Source: an uncultured virus (IMG/VR IMGVR_UViG_3300008120_000147)
Taxonomy: Duplodnaviria > Heunggongvirae > Uroviricota > Caudoviricetes
Virus record (IMG/VR): IMGVR_UViG_3300008120_000147
Span: 1-64,000 of that record
Reading direction: 5' to 3' (one strand)
Length of the DNA: 64,000 nt
A program made the translations under genes and the position numbers. Position 1 is the stretch's first letter. Each line of letters opens with the position of its first letter. This document shows, in pieces, positions 10,091 to 20,603 of the stretch. Below the pieces are notes generated by a model that had not been told where the DNA came from, ran no database searches, and saw only the letters and a program-made list of their open reading frames with translations.

Positions 10091-10853
10091 AGACCAATTA
10101 AAATCTATCTGCAACTATTCAGATAAGCAGATGACTACACCAAAAGCTCAATTGATGTATGTTGATATGATATCATCAGATGATGAAGAATATAAAAGAC
10201 AGATCAAACAAAAAAATAGAGAATTAGTAGTTGATGCTATTTTAGATGATAAGATTGAAGAATTAAATACATTCAGAGAAAATAACATTGCATCACAAGT
10301 AGTTGATTTAAGCTCTCAATATAATCCGGCAGTTAGTAGTGCTGGACAACAAGTAATAAGTCCAAAAATTATGCAAATAAACTTAACTGCTAAAAAATTT
10401 GAGACTTATGAAAAATTATGGAATGAAGTAGTTGATTTTTTAAATCAAAATACACAAAATCCTAAATCTAAAGCAAATGGCCCATACACATCGTTAGATG
10501 TTACTCTAAATGGTGACTTTGAACAAGATTATAGAAGAGTAATTGCAAAATTGATGATGTCATCAAATATAATTGCAATGGATGGAAGAATTGGACCAGC
10601 AACATCACTAATTTATGGTAAAAAATCATTTCCTTATATAAATTATGCTAGAAATCAATTTGAATCAAATAATATAAATGGAATACAAACCTATTTCAGT
10701 GACTTAATTGATGATGATAAAATCATCGTATGTAGAGGAAGTAATATAGACCAACCAGGATTATTACTTATTGATAACTCTACAACAGGAAATTACTTTT
10801 TTGACAAAACACCAAACTGGCATAAACAATTTTGTTGGTTTAAAATTATTTAA
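10077..10853 (+). CDS. Truncated paralog of the major capsid protein
   Basis: Blocks colinear with MCP 40294-42018: PKAQLMYVD, ISPKI, SNIIAMDGRIGPA, DQPGLLLI, KQFCWFKI. Confidence 0.8.
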   Translation: MTIFKDQLKSICNYSDKQMTTPKAQLMYVDMISSDDEEYKRQIKQKNRELVVDAILDDKIEELNTFRENNIASQVVDLSSQYNPAVSSAGQQVISPKIMQINLTAKKFETYEKLWNEVVDFLNQNTQNPKSKANGPYTSLDVTLNGDFEQDYRRVIAKLMMSSNIIAMDGRIGPATSLIYGKKSFPYINYARNQFESNNINGIQTYFSDLIDDDKIIVCRGSNIDQPGLLLIDNSTTGNYFFDKTPNWHKQFCWFKII

Positions 10854-10856
10854 TAT

Positions 10857-11465
10857 ATGGAAATAATTGAACCAAATCCATTACTGATAAAATATGTCCA
10901 AAGATGTAATTCACTATTTACAGAATTTGATTCTTTAAAAAAAGATTTTGTTGATTCAAACGAGTGGCATTATATAATGTCTAATTTAGAACAAAATATT
11001 TTTCTTTTACAAAGATTAAAAGAAAAGAATCTTCTAAATAAGAATACAATTAACATATGTGATGCCGGTATAGGCTTAGGCGCTGCATTATTTGATATCT
11101 ATTTACAATCACAAGAAATTACTGATAAAAAATTTTATTTTACAGGTATAGAAAAATATGATTCGTATCTGAATTATCTAAATGAATACTTGATAGAAAA
11201 TTGGAAAAACAAACTTACAATTATAAAAGGTGACATAATGCAACAGGATTATTCAAAATATGATATAGTTTATTCATACTCACCTTTTAGAAGTCCAAGA
11301 TTACTTGTAGACTTCTACACAAAAGTTAAAAATGAGATATCCCCTGGTTCATTGATTATTGAAAATAGAAATAAAGGATATGGAATTGAATCAACTATGA
11401 CTATGGTCGATGGATTAGAATGTATAGTATTGGATGATATAGTTGTTTTTAAAAAAACTATTTAG
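10857..11465 (+). CDS. Class I SAM-dependent methyltransferase
   Basis: ICDAGIGLG, GIEK, KGDI, YSYSPF. Confidence 0.8.
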   Translation: MEIIEPNPLLIKYVQRCNSLFTEFDSLKKDFVDSNEWHYIMSNLEQNIFLLQRLKEKNLLNKNTINICDAGIGLGAALFDIYLQSQEITDKKFYFTGIEKYDSYLNYLNEYLIENWKNKLTIIKGDIMQQDYSKYDIVYSYSPFRSPRLLVDFYTKVKNEISPGSLIIENRNKGYGIESTMTMVDGLECIVLDDIVVFKKTI

Positions 11466-11997
11466 CAGCTACTCTAATTTTATCGTACTTAATTAATAAT
11501 TTATAAATATTTTCATATTCGTTTATTGGATCAGAAACTATTTGTTGATACCATTTGTTATTGTTAAGATACTCTACTAACATTCCTTTTTTGAAATCAC
11601 CAATTTTAGTTGGTTTCCAATATCTTACTTGCTCTAAAAATGAAAAAGATAAACCATTGTATAAATAAGAAGTGTTATCTGAGTCAGTATTATATAAAAC
11701 TATACTAAGTGGTTTTTCTTGACCATCTCTAAATACTTTTTTAGCAATTGACTCATCTCTATATTTTATTATACCACACTCTTGATGAAAATGATTCAAT
11801 AAAAATATTAAATCTTTTCTTAGTTCATCATTATCTACACCAGAAAAAGCCAAAATAGAATTTTCATACTGACCTTTATAAAAACTCTGAATAGGAATTA
11901 TTGTATAGTCTTTAGCATATAATATAGATGTCATATCATCGAGCCTATCTGATGATAGCAATATAAATGATATTTTAGGGTTTTGTAAATCTAACAC
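11458..11997 (-). CDS. Hypothetical protein
   Basis: Track ORF 11458-12042; likely GTG start at 11997, downstream of TAATATATA at 12003-12011. Confidence 0.6.
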   Translation of the reverse strand: MLDLQNPKISFILLSSDRLDDMTSILYAKDYTIIPIQSFYKGQYENSILAFSGVDNDELRKDLIFLLNHFHQECGIIKYRDESIAKKVFRDGQEKPLSIVLYNTDSDNTSYLYNGLSFSFLEQVRYWKPTKIGDFKKGMLVEYLNNNKWYQQIVSDPINEYENIYKLLIKYDKIRVAAK

Positions 11998-12022
11998 AAA
12001 CTTATATATTAAATTAGAAGTC

Positions 12023-13282
12023 TTAGAAATTGAATTGATCAAATAACTCTGTTTTAAATATAGCCTCTACTAAATTTTTATTCTTTTTTGCCATAATCAA
12101 ACTGTCGTGTACGGTTATCAATTTTACCGAAGAATCCTCTATCATTATTTTTTTTACAATTTTATTAAAGATTAAATTAGATTCCATTTTTTGCAAATCA
12201 TAAGCTAAAATTTTATAATCACCCTTTTCCTTTTTATATAGAGTTATAAAATTGTGAATTGTCGGAAATACTGATTTAAATAACTTATCAGCTCTACTAT
12301 TTGCTGCATTCCTACCGAATAAAACCTTATAAGTTAGTTCTTTTACTTCTTTTTTATCTTTTATATTTAGTTTCTGCATTAAAAATTGATAATAATTACC
12401 AGAGATAGTCAATTCTTTAAAAATATCAAACTCTTCAGATTTAACCCAATTTGTTTTAGAATCTCTAATTAATTTTGTTAGAAAAAGTGGTTGTGAATTT
12501 GAAATATCTATTTCACAAGTTTCCTCACCATCTATAAGAAGACAATTTTTTCTAATGAAACTTCTCAGGATAGTAAAATTAGTATGCATTCTACCATAAG
12601 AATCAAAATGAAAAAATATATGTTTTTCATTTATTGAATCACAAGCATAAACATTTCTATTATAGATATCAAAGTCTTTTTCTTTTAATGAATCTAAAAA
12701 GAAAATCGATCTTGGTAAGTCGATCTGAACAGAAAATAAATCAGACACTAACTTCTCACGAACCGTATCTTCAATAAGTGTATAATTTGTTTTAGAATTA
12801 TTAATTAATTCTAAAACCTTTTTTTTATATTTTTTTAATAAAACTTTATCGTAGTTTTTTATTCTTTTTTTCTTAGATTTTATGACTTTTGGATTTAGTG
12901 AGTAAATTCTAGACGTCACGCCCTTTTTATAATTAGTAATTAGTTGAAGTATGTTTCTCTCTATCAGATAATCCATATAACTTTTATACAAATAGCCATA
13001 TTTATCTTTTAAAACTTCAGCATTTATGACAAATTTGTTTTCTTTTTTGAAATAGTATTTTAATAGTAAGTTATTGACTATATCAATAAGATAAGCTGGT
13101 TTAATTTTTTGATTTTTATATTCTATAGTTTTTAATTTAGAAATAGAATCCAGACACTCTGGAAGATAATGTAGGCAGTAATTTTTTTCTCTTAATCTTT
13201 TTAAAATATTATTTGAAATTTTTAAGTTACTTACTTTGACTATATTCATATCAATCTTATTAAGATTTTCTAATAGATTCAT
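12023..13282 (-). CDS. Minimal family-A polymerase-like protein
   Basis: GRMHT, motif A-like EIDISNSQP, motif B-like KELTYKVLFG, LQKMES, motif C-like TVHDSL. Confidence 0.65.
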   Translation of the reverse strand: MNLLENLNKIDMNIVKVSNLKISNNILKRLREKNYCLHYLPECLDSISKLKTIEYKNQKIKPAYLIDIVNNLLLKYYFKKENKFVINAEVLKDKYGYLYKSYMDYLIERNILQLITNYKKGVTSRIYSLNPKVIKSKKKRIKNYDKVLLKKYKKKVLELINNSKTNYTLIEDTVREKLVSDLFSVQIDLPRSIFFLDSLKEKDFDIYNRNVYACDSINEKHIFFHFDSYGRMHTNFTILRSFIRKNCLLIDGEETCEIDISNSQPLFLTKLIRDSKTNWVKSEEFDIFKELTISGNYYQFLMQKLNIKDKKEVKELTYKVLFGRNAANSRADKLFKSVFPTIHNFITLYKKEKGDYKILAYDLQKMESNLIFNKIVKKIMIEDSSVKLITVHDSLIMAKKNKNLVEAIFKTELFDQFNF

Positions 13283-13479
13283 TGTTTGAAAATTTTATTA
13301 ATTTTTTGTTTTCTTTTACTCTTAATCATCTCACTCATTAATTGACTGGCTAAATCGTCTATATTGATACCATGATAAGATTTTAAATCATGTGATAAAT
13401 CTCGTGACCAAGTCGCTCTTAGAACTCTTGTATCAGCTTTAACTTCAACAGAAGTCATACTAAGACCAATAGATTTCAT
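13279..13479 (-). CDS. Mini-protein containing a gp23-like capsid segment
   Basis: VEVKADTRVLRATWSRDLSHDLKSYHGINID resembles the conserved gp23 AKxRxLKAxxxxELAQDLxAxHGxD block. Confidence 0.7.
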   Translation of the reverse strand: MKSIGLSMTSVEVKADTRVLRATWSRDLSHDLKSYHGINIDDLASQLMSEMIKSKRKQKINKIFKQ

Positions 13480-14819
13480 TATTTTGTTGGTGTTTGTTCT
13501 TTACCAACTTCAGGAACTATAGGCATTTTACCACCTTTACCCTTTTTCTTCTTTTGCTCACCAGATTCTTTATCAAATTCATCATATACATCTGGATAAA
13601 CTTGACCCTCAGCATCAGTGTCATATTGTATATCGAAGAAGTCTCCAAAGTCAAGAAGACCAGCTCTACCTAGCTCTATTTCTTGCATTTTATTTAAATA
13701 TTTAGATATATAATCGTCAATATCTTGAACAAAACCATTAAAAAGTTTCACGGTATTATCAGTAAATATACCAATTGCTTTTTTCTTTTTCTTATTAAGA
13801 GAACCCAATAAAACTTTGAAAATATATTCAAGTTTTGGACTTTCTTCAATATACTCTTTAGTCAATTTATTATTTATCAACTCAACATTAATTTTAAACT
13901 TTTGTTTATCAAAAAATTCAGGAACAATGAAGTCAAAGTTTAGTAAATCTTCTTTTACCTCAGAAACATAGAGGTTAAATAATTTGCTTACTAAATAAAG
14001 GTAACACTCATCTTTCTTTTCGCCTTTTAATTTTATATCTTCTATATTTAGAGATTGACAAAAATTTAAGAAATTTACAAGTATAAGTGTATAAATCTCA
14101 ACAAAATCAGTATCATTTGTTTCACTTATTCGAGTATAAAGTGGATTCAATAATTCAAAAGAAAGGTCATCTTTTAAAGTTCTTATAATCAGCTTTTCTA
14201 TGTTATTCTGAAAGTCTTCACTATTCATTAAGAAAGAGTTTTCAATGTTAGGATTTAAAATCTTATAAAAGAAATAAGAAAATGATTTTTCACCAAAAAT
14301 ATAATCTAAATCTTCTTCAGACGTATTTAGAAAATATTTTATAGCTTCTTTCATTGTTTCAGTAAGTTTACCTTGAAAAACAATTGGAACCATATCAACA
14401 TTTATTAATCTAGCATATTCGTCTAGTTCATCAATATTAAAGCCATACTTTCCTGATTTATTTATAGCAGATAACACTAAATTATTTTTAGGAATTCTAT
14501 CATATTGTATATTGGCGGGTTGATTATCTGGAAAATATTCAAAACAAAACCACCATTTCTTATTAAGAAGTGATTTTACACGATTATCTAATTGATTAAA
14601 GTAATTTATTGCAGGATTATAATAATTCTGCATCGCTAAGTCAATTAAGTTTATTGGTTCGTTTGATATAGACTTAGGCTTTAGAATAAATTCAGTTCCA
14701 TTCCAATTTACCCATATTTTACTACCTTGTATATCTTCTATTACAATAATTTCATCACTTAATATACCATCAAGTAATTCTTTTTCATTTAAGCCGTTAA
14801 GCGTAACTAATTTTGCCAT
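13479..14819 (-). CDS. RNA-ligase (Rnl2)-like fold protein lacking the motif I lysine
   Basis: IEDIQGS at the EKxDG position, FCFEY, VPIVFQG; TAATATATA at 14849-14857. Confidence 0.5.
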   Translation of the reverse strand: MAKLVTLNGLNEKELLDGILSDEIIVIEDIQGSKIWVNWNGTEFILKPKSISNEPINLIDLAMQNYYNPAINYFNQLDNRVKSLLNKKWWFCFEYFPDNQPANIQYDRIPKNNLVLSAINKSGKYGFNIDELDEYARLINVDMVPIVFQGKLTETMKEAIKYFLNTSEEDLDYIFGEKSFSYFFYKILNPNIENSFLMNSEDFQNNIEKLIIRTLKDDLSFELLNPLYTRISETNDTDFVEIYTLILVNFLNFCQSLNIEDIKLKGEKKDECYLYLVSKLFNLYVSEVKEDLLNFDFIVPEFFDKQKFKINVELINNKLTKEYIEESPKLEYIFKVLLGSLNKKKKKAIGIFTDNTVKLFNGFVQDIDDYISKYLNKMQEIELGRAGLLDFGDFFDIQYDTDAEGQVYPDVYDEFDKESGEQKKKKGKGGKMPIVPEVGKEQTPTK

Positions 14820-14854
14820 TTTGATTTCTGTTTTTTATCAAATTTTTGTATATA

Positions 14855-15127
14855 TTAATTATTCAAAAACATTAATATCTCATCTAAATTCTCTTTATTG
14901 AATCCGTGTAATGGTTTTCCACCATTTTTGAGATAATCATTATATAATTCATTATATTGATCCTCTGTATAAAAGTTATCATCTATTTCGGAAAATATAA
15001 TATTTGTGTCGTGTGATGTAATGGTCTTATTTTGTAGACGTGTCTCACCATAAGCAGGACCAACCGGACCAACAAGTTCCGTTCCAGAGACTTCTTCTAA
15101 AATAAATTCTTTAAATTTCTTAATCAT
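14855..15127 (-). CDS. Small protein with CTS-like N-terminus
   Basis: MIKKFKEFILEE. Confidence 0.7.
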   Translation of the reverse strand: MIKKFKEFILEEVSGTELVGPVGPAYGETRLQNKTITSHDTNIIFSEIDDNFYTEDQYNELYNDYLKNGGKPLHGFNKENLDEILMFLNN

Positions 15128-15578
15128 TATTTGCCTCTATTTTTTCAAAAAATTCATCTTGTTGTTGAAGCGAATATTGATTCTTTTTCACATTATAAAT
15201 TATATTATATAAGAATCTGTCACTTAGAAAATGAGTATAATCTCCTTTTAATTTTATTATACATTCTTCTTTTTCAAAATCGTTCCCAACAGAAGTAATT
15301 TGTAATCCGATTTTACCATCTCTATCAATCAAATCACAGATAACAATCTTGCTTTTGGATAACAAATCATTCAAACGGCTATAAGTTGTATTTTTACTTA
15401 ATAACATGTAATCTTTAGTATCATCATCAGTGGTCTCATTATATAAATTTAGAAAACTTTTTTCTCTATCAGATAATTTTTTCTTTTTAGAAACTTTATC
15501 CAATATTCTATTCATCTCAATATCTTTAAGAGATTCACCCAAAATGTAGTACTTAAATAGTCTTTTCACATCAGTCAT
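15120..15578 (-). CDS. Hypothetical protein with DUF6576-like motif
   Basis: NRILDKVSKKKKLSDREKSFL; TAATATATA at 15601-15609. Confidence 0.6.
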   Translation of the reverse strand: MTDVKRLFKYYILGESLKDIEMNRILDKVSKKKKLSDREKSFLNLYNETTDDDTKDYMLLSKNTTYSRLNDLLSKSKIVICDLIDRDGKIGLQITSVGNDFEKEECIIKLKGDYTHFLSDRFLYNIIYNVKKNQYSLQQQDEFFEKIEANND

Positions 15579-15657
15579 AATTTATAATAACTTACTAATA
15601 TATATATTAACTAATGAATGCTTAGTTTTTAATATATACTTTGAAAATTATTTTTGT

Positions 15658-18600
15658 ATGGATCAGAAGTTACTCAAAGCATTAGAAGATATTGGTTATG
15701 GTTTAGAGGCATTGGTTGAAGCTTTAGAAAGTAAAGAAGAAGCAAAATCAGACTCAGGTAAAGCCATACAATCCGGTGATTTTGGAAAACAACTTGAAAG
15801 TATCTCAAACCAATTGGTATCAATTAAAGCAGATACTGAAGAAATACTAAAACAACAAAAAACACTTTTAGGCATCTCTAAAGAGAAAGAGAAAGAGAAA
15901 GGAAAAGATACAAAAGAAATTGAAGGAGCGGGTGACGCTAAGAAGGAAAAAAGACTAAAAAGTGGAATAGGTACTATTTTATTAATAGCAGTAGCCGTAC
16001 TTGCTATTGGAATGGCTTTTAAACTTGTAGGTAACATAGATTTTCTTTCAGTCATTGCACTAGGTTTAGCGATTTATGTGGTCGCTCAAGCATTTGCAAA
16101 AGTTGCCGAATTGAAGCTTTCTTTAAAAGAAGCATTTATCACATCATTGACTATGGTATTAATGTCAGTAGCGATTACAGCATCTTCTTATATTTTACAA
16201 GGAATAGTTCCAATTAGCATTATTCAATTAATGACAGCAGTTGCAATTGCAGGTGTATTTGCAACAATTGGAATGTCTTTAGAAAAGTTAGGTATAGGTA
16301 TAACAATTTTCCACAAAATGCTTGGAAATAAAGTCACTTGGGTTGTGCCGTTGGTAATGGTTGCAATAGCAACGGCGATTACAGCATCATCTTGGATTAT
16401 GTCAGGTATTACTCCTATTGGAATTACACAAGCACTTACAGCAATTGCCATAGCAGGTGTTTTTGCGATAATTGGATTTTCTTTACAAAAAATAGCCGTA
16501 GGTATAGTAATAGCCCACGAAGTATTAGGAAAAAGCGCAACCTGGAAAATGCCATTAATATTGGTAGCGATAGCAACAGCAATTACAATGTCTTCTTGGA
16601 TAATGCAACTAATTGTACCAATTGGTTTTGCTCAAGTTTTAACAGCAATTGTTATTGCATTTGTATTCTGGATGATAGGTTATGCACTACCACATATAGC
16701 ATTTGCTGTATTCTTAGTAGATAAAGCTATGAATGCTAAAAAAGCAGCTTGGATAATGCCACTTATTTTAGTAGCCATAGCAACAGCAATTACAATGTCT
16801 TCTTGGATATTTTCGTTAGTAGTACCAATGGGTTGGAAAGAAGCATTAACAATCATCTTAATAACAATCGTATTTGCAGTTTTAGGATTTGTTTTACCGT
16901 GTATAGCACTTGGTGTTGTTATGGTTATAAAATTTTAGGAGCTAAAAAATTATTTGTATTACCTCTTGTATTTGTTTTTACAGCACTAGCCATAATGTTA
17001 TCATCTCACATTTTTGCAGAAATGGCTGATATTGAGATAGGTAAAATGTTCAAAATACTTCTGTATGGTGTAATCATGGCAATAGTTATAACTGCATTTT
17101 TACCAGCAGTAGTCATATCCGCAATAGCAGCAAAATTAGTTGGTATTGGAAACTTACTTGTAGGAGTTGTAGCTATAGTAGCGGTAGCCGCCGCAATAAT
17201 GGCCAGCTCATTAATATTAGAAATAGGTAGCTATGAATCATATCCTGGTTTAGGTTGGGTAATTGGTGTTGGATTAGCATTGACAGTATTCTCAGTAGCC
17301 GCGGCAGCACTTGGTCTATTAGTATTTGGCCCTCAGGCACTTATATTCTTGGCAGGACTTGCTGCTGTTTTAGGAGTGGCCGCAACAATTGTAGGTGTAT
17401 CTCACATATTGAAAGATGGTGAATATAACTTACCTGGATTTTTAAGTTGGGCTTTAGGAACTGCATTGTTATATGCAGCATTTACACCAATACTTATAAC
17501 ATTAGGCGCAGTTGGACTAGCATCAAGTGTTATAAGTTTCTTTGGACCAAATCCTTGGGAGATGGCAAAAGAAATGATGCTTCAAATTGCAGAAACTATT
17601 GTTGCGGTTTCTTATGTATTAGCCGAAGGTTCGTATAAAAAAGGACCAACTAAAGAGTGGGCAGAGGGAATAGCAATTGCCTTAGGAGCATTTGCACCTG
17701 TATATAAAATGCTAGTAGATAATGCATTTTGGTCTGTATTCGGAATGGGCGGTATAGGTCCAGATGAGTTTGCGGATGGTATATTGACAGTAACAGCTGG
17801 TATCGTAGTTGCCGCCAACGAATTTGCTAACAACGATGCCGTGTTTAAGAATGGACCACCAGTTGAGTGGGCCACTGGTGTTGGAAAAGCAATAAGTGCC
17901 TTCTCGCCAGTTTACGGTGTACTTTTAGGTCAAGGTAGAAGTTACTTTGATAAGATATTTGGTGGCCCTGGACCAACGGTTGAAGATATGAGAAAAGCCA
18001 TCATAACAATATCACAAGGTATTGTTGAAGCGGCTAAATTCTTTGCTGAAAATACATCACCATTTACTGAAGGAAATTATCCAAGTAAAAGATGGGGAGA
18101 AGGTGTAGGTGGAGCAATTTCAGCTTTTGCGCCAGTATTTACTGCAATTTCAGCTACTCCGTGGTATAGTAGTCCAGGAGAAACAATTGCAGCATTAGCT
18201 TCAGGTATATCCTCGGTATCCTCAGCAATAGTAGAAGCAGGTTGGATTTTCGCAGGAACAGAAGCCGAAATGTGGAAATCAGATAAAGTACCAAATAAAG
18301 CTTGGGGAGAAGGTGTTGCAGCATCAATAAAAGCTTTTGGTTATGTATTTGATTATATGTCACAAGAATCCGGTTGGTTTACAAGCGGTGAAGAGGTAAT
18401 AAGTGATATGTGCTATGCAGTGAGAAAAATATCAGAAACAATCGCTTATGCCGGGCAACAATTTACTTATGTAAGTGATTGGAAAAAATATCCAACTTCA
18501 ACTTGGGCAAACAATGTTAGTGATGTCTCAAAAACAATGACATATCTTTCAAAATTCTTAATAGACCAATATGGTGAAAGTGATTATGAAATTGCTTGGG

Positions 18601-19415
18601 GTCTCTATACTATGTCTTTGAAGATAAAAGAAACTGCTCAACATCTCTCAGGTTCAAATAGTTGGAAAGCACCAAAACCTATGTGGGCAAAAGATGCTGG
18701 TTTTGCTATAAGAGAAATGGCATATACAGACTATGAAATTTGGAGAGGTATAAAAGATACTTATCCTCTGGGTGATTCTGTATTAAGAATGGCAAAAAAC
18801 ATGTCAAAGGCAGCTAAGTATTTATTCTCAGCGTCAGACGCATTTGAATATAAAGTACCTGATGATTTTATACCATCACTTAGAAAAACAATGTTTGATT
18901 TTCAAGAACTTGTTTTTGAGATGGTTGAAAGAGAAGAGGATAACAAAAGTTTTGCTGATAAGTTCTTAGCAAGAATAGGTATAGGGGATGCTAAATCCAA
19001 AGATCCAATATTAGTAATGGCTAATAGATTAGTTAAACTAGCCAAAGGTTATGATGCACTAGCAAACTCTTTAACAAAACTTGGAGGAGCAATGAAGAGC
19101 TTAAATGTTAAAAGTTCTCAAGAACTCGGAAATCTAACAGCAGGTCTACTTAAAGGAAAAGCACCTAGTGCAGTTAGTGTGAATAATAACATGACTCAAA
19201 ATAGAGTTCAAATGGCTGAAATGAAAAGAGTTAAAAAAGAGGAACAAAAGAAAAAAGAAGATGAGGCAAAAAAACCAAGTGAATTACAGAAAGACATAAA
19301 ACAAATAATAAAACTTTTGAAAAACATTGATAAATCTGTAAGTTCAGTAGACGAATATATAGCAGAGGTAAGCGGAATACAATCTTCTGGTGCCGGAGGT
19401 GGCCTATTCAAATAA
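15658..19415 (+). CDS. Tape-measure-like protein, interrupted by a frameshift at about 16933-16938
   Basis: Hydrophobic Ala/Ile-rich repeats (PLILVAIATAITMSSWI; WxxGVxxAIxAFAPV) continue from ORF 15658-16938 into 16749-19415; TAATATATA at 15630-15638. Confidence 0.7.
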
Positions 19416-19448
19416 TTAAACTTTAATTTGAAATAAAATATAACTACC

Positions 19449-19877
19449 ATGAAAAAAGTATCATTTTTTAAAAAATTACAACTACTTAGAACTTTTAACA
19501 AAGCGATAAAAGAAAATAAAGTAGAGTTACAAAATAAATTTAATATTAGAATTGATAGAGCAAAAAGATTATACACTGTTCTTAATATTCCTGAAGAACT
19601 TATAGGTGAAGCATATTCACTAAAAAAATCAGATATAGATAGAATCTCGGAAACTTATATAAAAAGCTATGGTGAAGAACTAGCAACTTTTTTAAATTCA
19701 AAAGGTTTGAGTGAGCTATATCAATATTATCAAATTGAAAAAGTAGATAAATATGCTTATTTGCTTGTCTTTGGATTTAGACTAATCAAATCAGATAAAT
19801 TTTATAAAAATGTTTATTATATAATTTTACCAGCATCTGTAATAGTTAGTTTAAGCCTTCTTTTTATATTTTTATAA
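19449..19877 (+). CDS. Hypothetical protein with C-terminal TM helix
   Basis: 142-aa ORF behind TAAAC-N17-TATAAC (19417-19444). Confidence 0.65.
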   Translation: MKKVSFFKKLQLLRTFNKAIKENKVELQNKFNIRIDRAKRLYTVLNIPEELIGEAYSLKKSDIDRISETYIKSYGEELATFLNSKGLSELYQYYQIEKVDKYAYLLVFGFRLIKSDKFYKNVYYIILPASVIVSLSLLFIFL

Positions 19878-19924
19878 CAACTTTTTAATAATTTTTTTTT
19901 ATAATTAAAAAAATAAATAATCAA

Positions 19925-20353
19925 ATGGATAGATTCACAGAATTGTATCAAGACACTATTGACGACTTTAATAAAGTTTTTGATAAAAAGTCATTTCCGA
20001 TACCAATCAAATTTCAATTTATTGGAGATTCCAAACAAAAAAATCTTATAAAGATTTCAAAATTAGCAGATGACATTGCTTTTATTCTCAAAAAGGAATT
20101 AAAAGTATCAATAAATGAATCATTACTAAATGCTTATGATGAGGAATCAATTACGATTTTATTTGAACAAGAAATTGATAAAGTAAATATAAATATTGAC
20201 ACTGGTAAAATTAAACTTGTTAAAACAGATTTAAATACATTCTCTTCTTTAGTAAATAAATATGGTGTAGAAAAAGTGGCCAGAGCAAATAAAGTAGAAG
20301 AATTATATCAGCAGCAAAGACAAGATGCAACTGACGAGGAATTTATAATTTAA
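19925..20353 (+). CDS. Hypothetical protein
   Basis: 142-aa ORF in a co-directional run. Confidence 0.65.
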   Translation: MDRFTELYQDTIDDFNKVFDKKSFPIPIKFQFIGDSKQKNLIKISKLADDIAFILKKELKVSINESLLNAYDEESITILFEQEIDKVNINIDTGKIKLVKTDLNTFSSLVNKYGVEKVARANKVEELYQQQRQDATDEEFII

Positions 20354-20354
20354 T

Positions 20355-20588
20355 ATGATAGAAACAACAAAATTAGGACAAAACTACGTATCAGCACTCA
20401 GAAAAAAGTATGAAGCTGAAATGGAAGAAGCTAAAGCAAATTTAGCACTTTATGTAACCAATCTTACAGCAATTGGTGAACACTCTGATTTATTGGAAGA
20501 GCATGATAAATGGATTGAAAAATATACAAATGCTAAAGATAAATTAGAATCTTTAAATCAATTATTTACACAACCAATTAATGGATAA
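20355..20588 (+). CDS. Small coiled-coil protein of a type seen in T4-like phages
   Basis: AKANLALY...AIGEHSDL motif. Confidence 0.65.
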   Translation: MIETTKLGQNYVSALRKKYEAEMEEAKANLALYVTNLTAIGEHSDLLEEHDKWIEKYTNAKDKLESLNQLFTQPING

Positions 20589-20603
20589 AAAAAATTAAAT
20601 ATT

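Noticed and set aside
16936..16938. TAG recoding (code 15) as in some large Bacteroidota phages
   Set aside because: Readthrough meets further stops within about 20 codons, TAG ends other genes normally, and core genes are intact in code 11
18984..18990. GGGGATG as the missing tmRNA 5' end (also CATCCCC near 58819)
   Set aside because: Both lie inside long CDSs and lack the following D-loop/GAC and helix-2 complement
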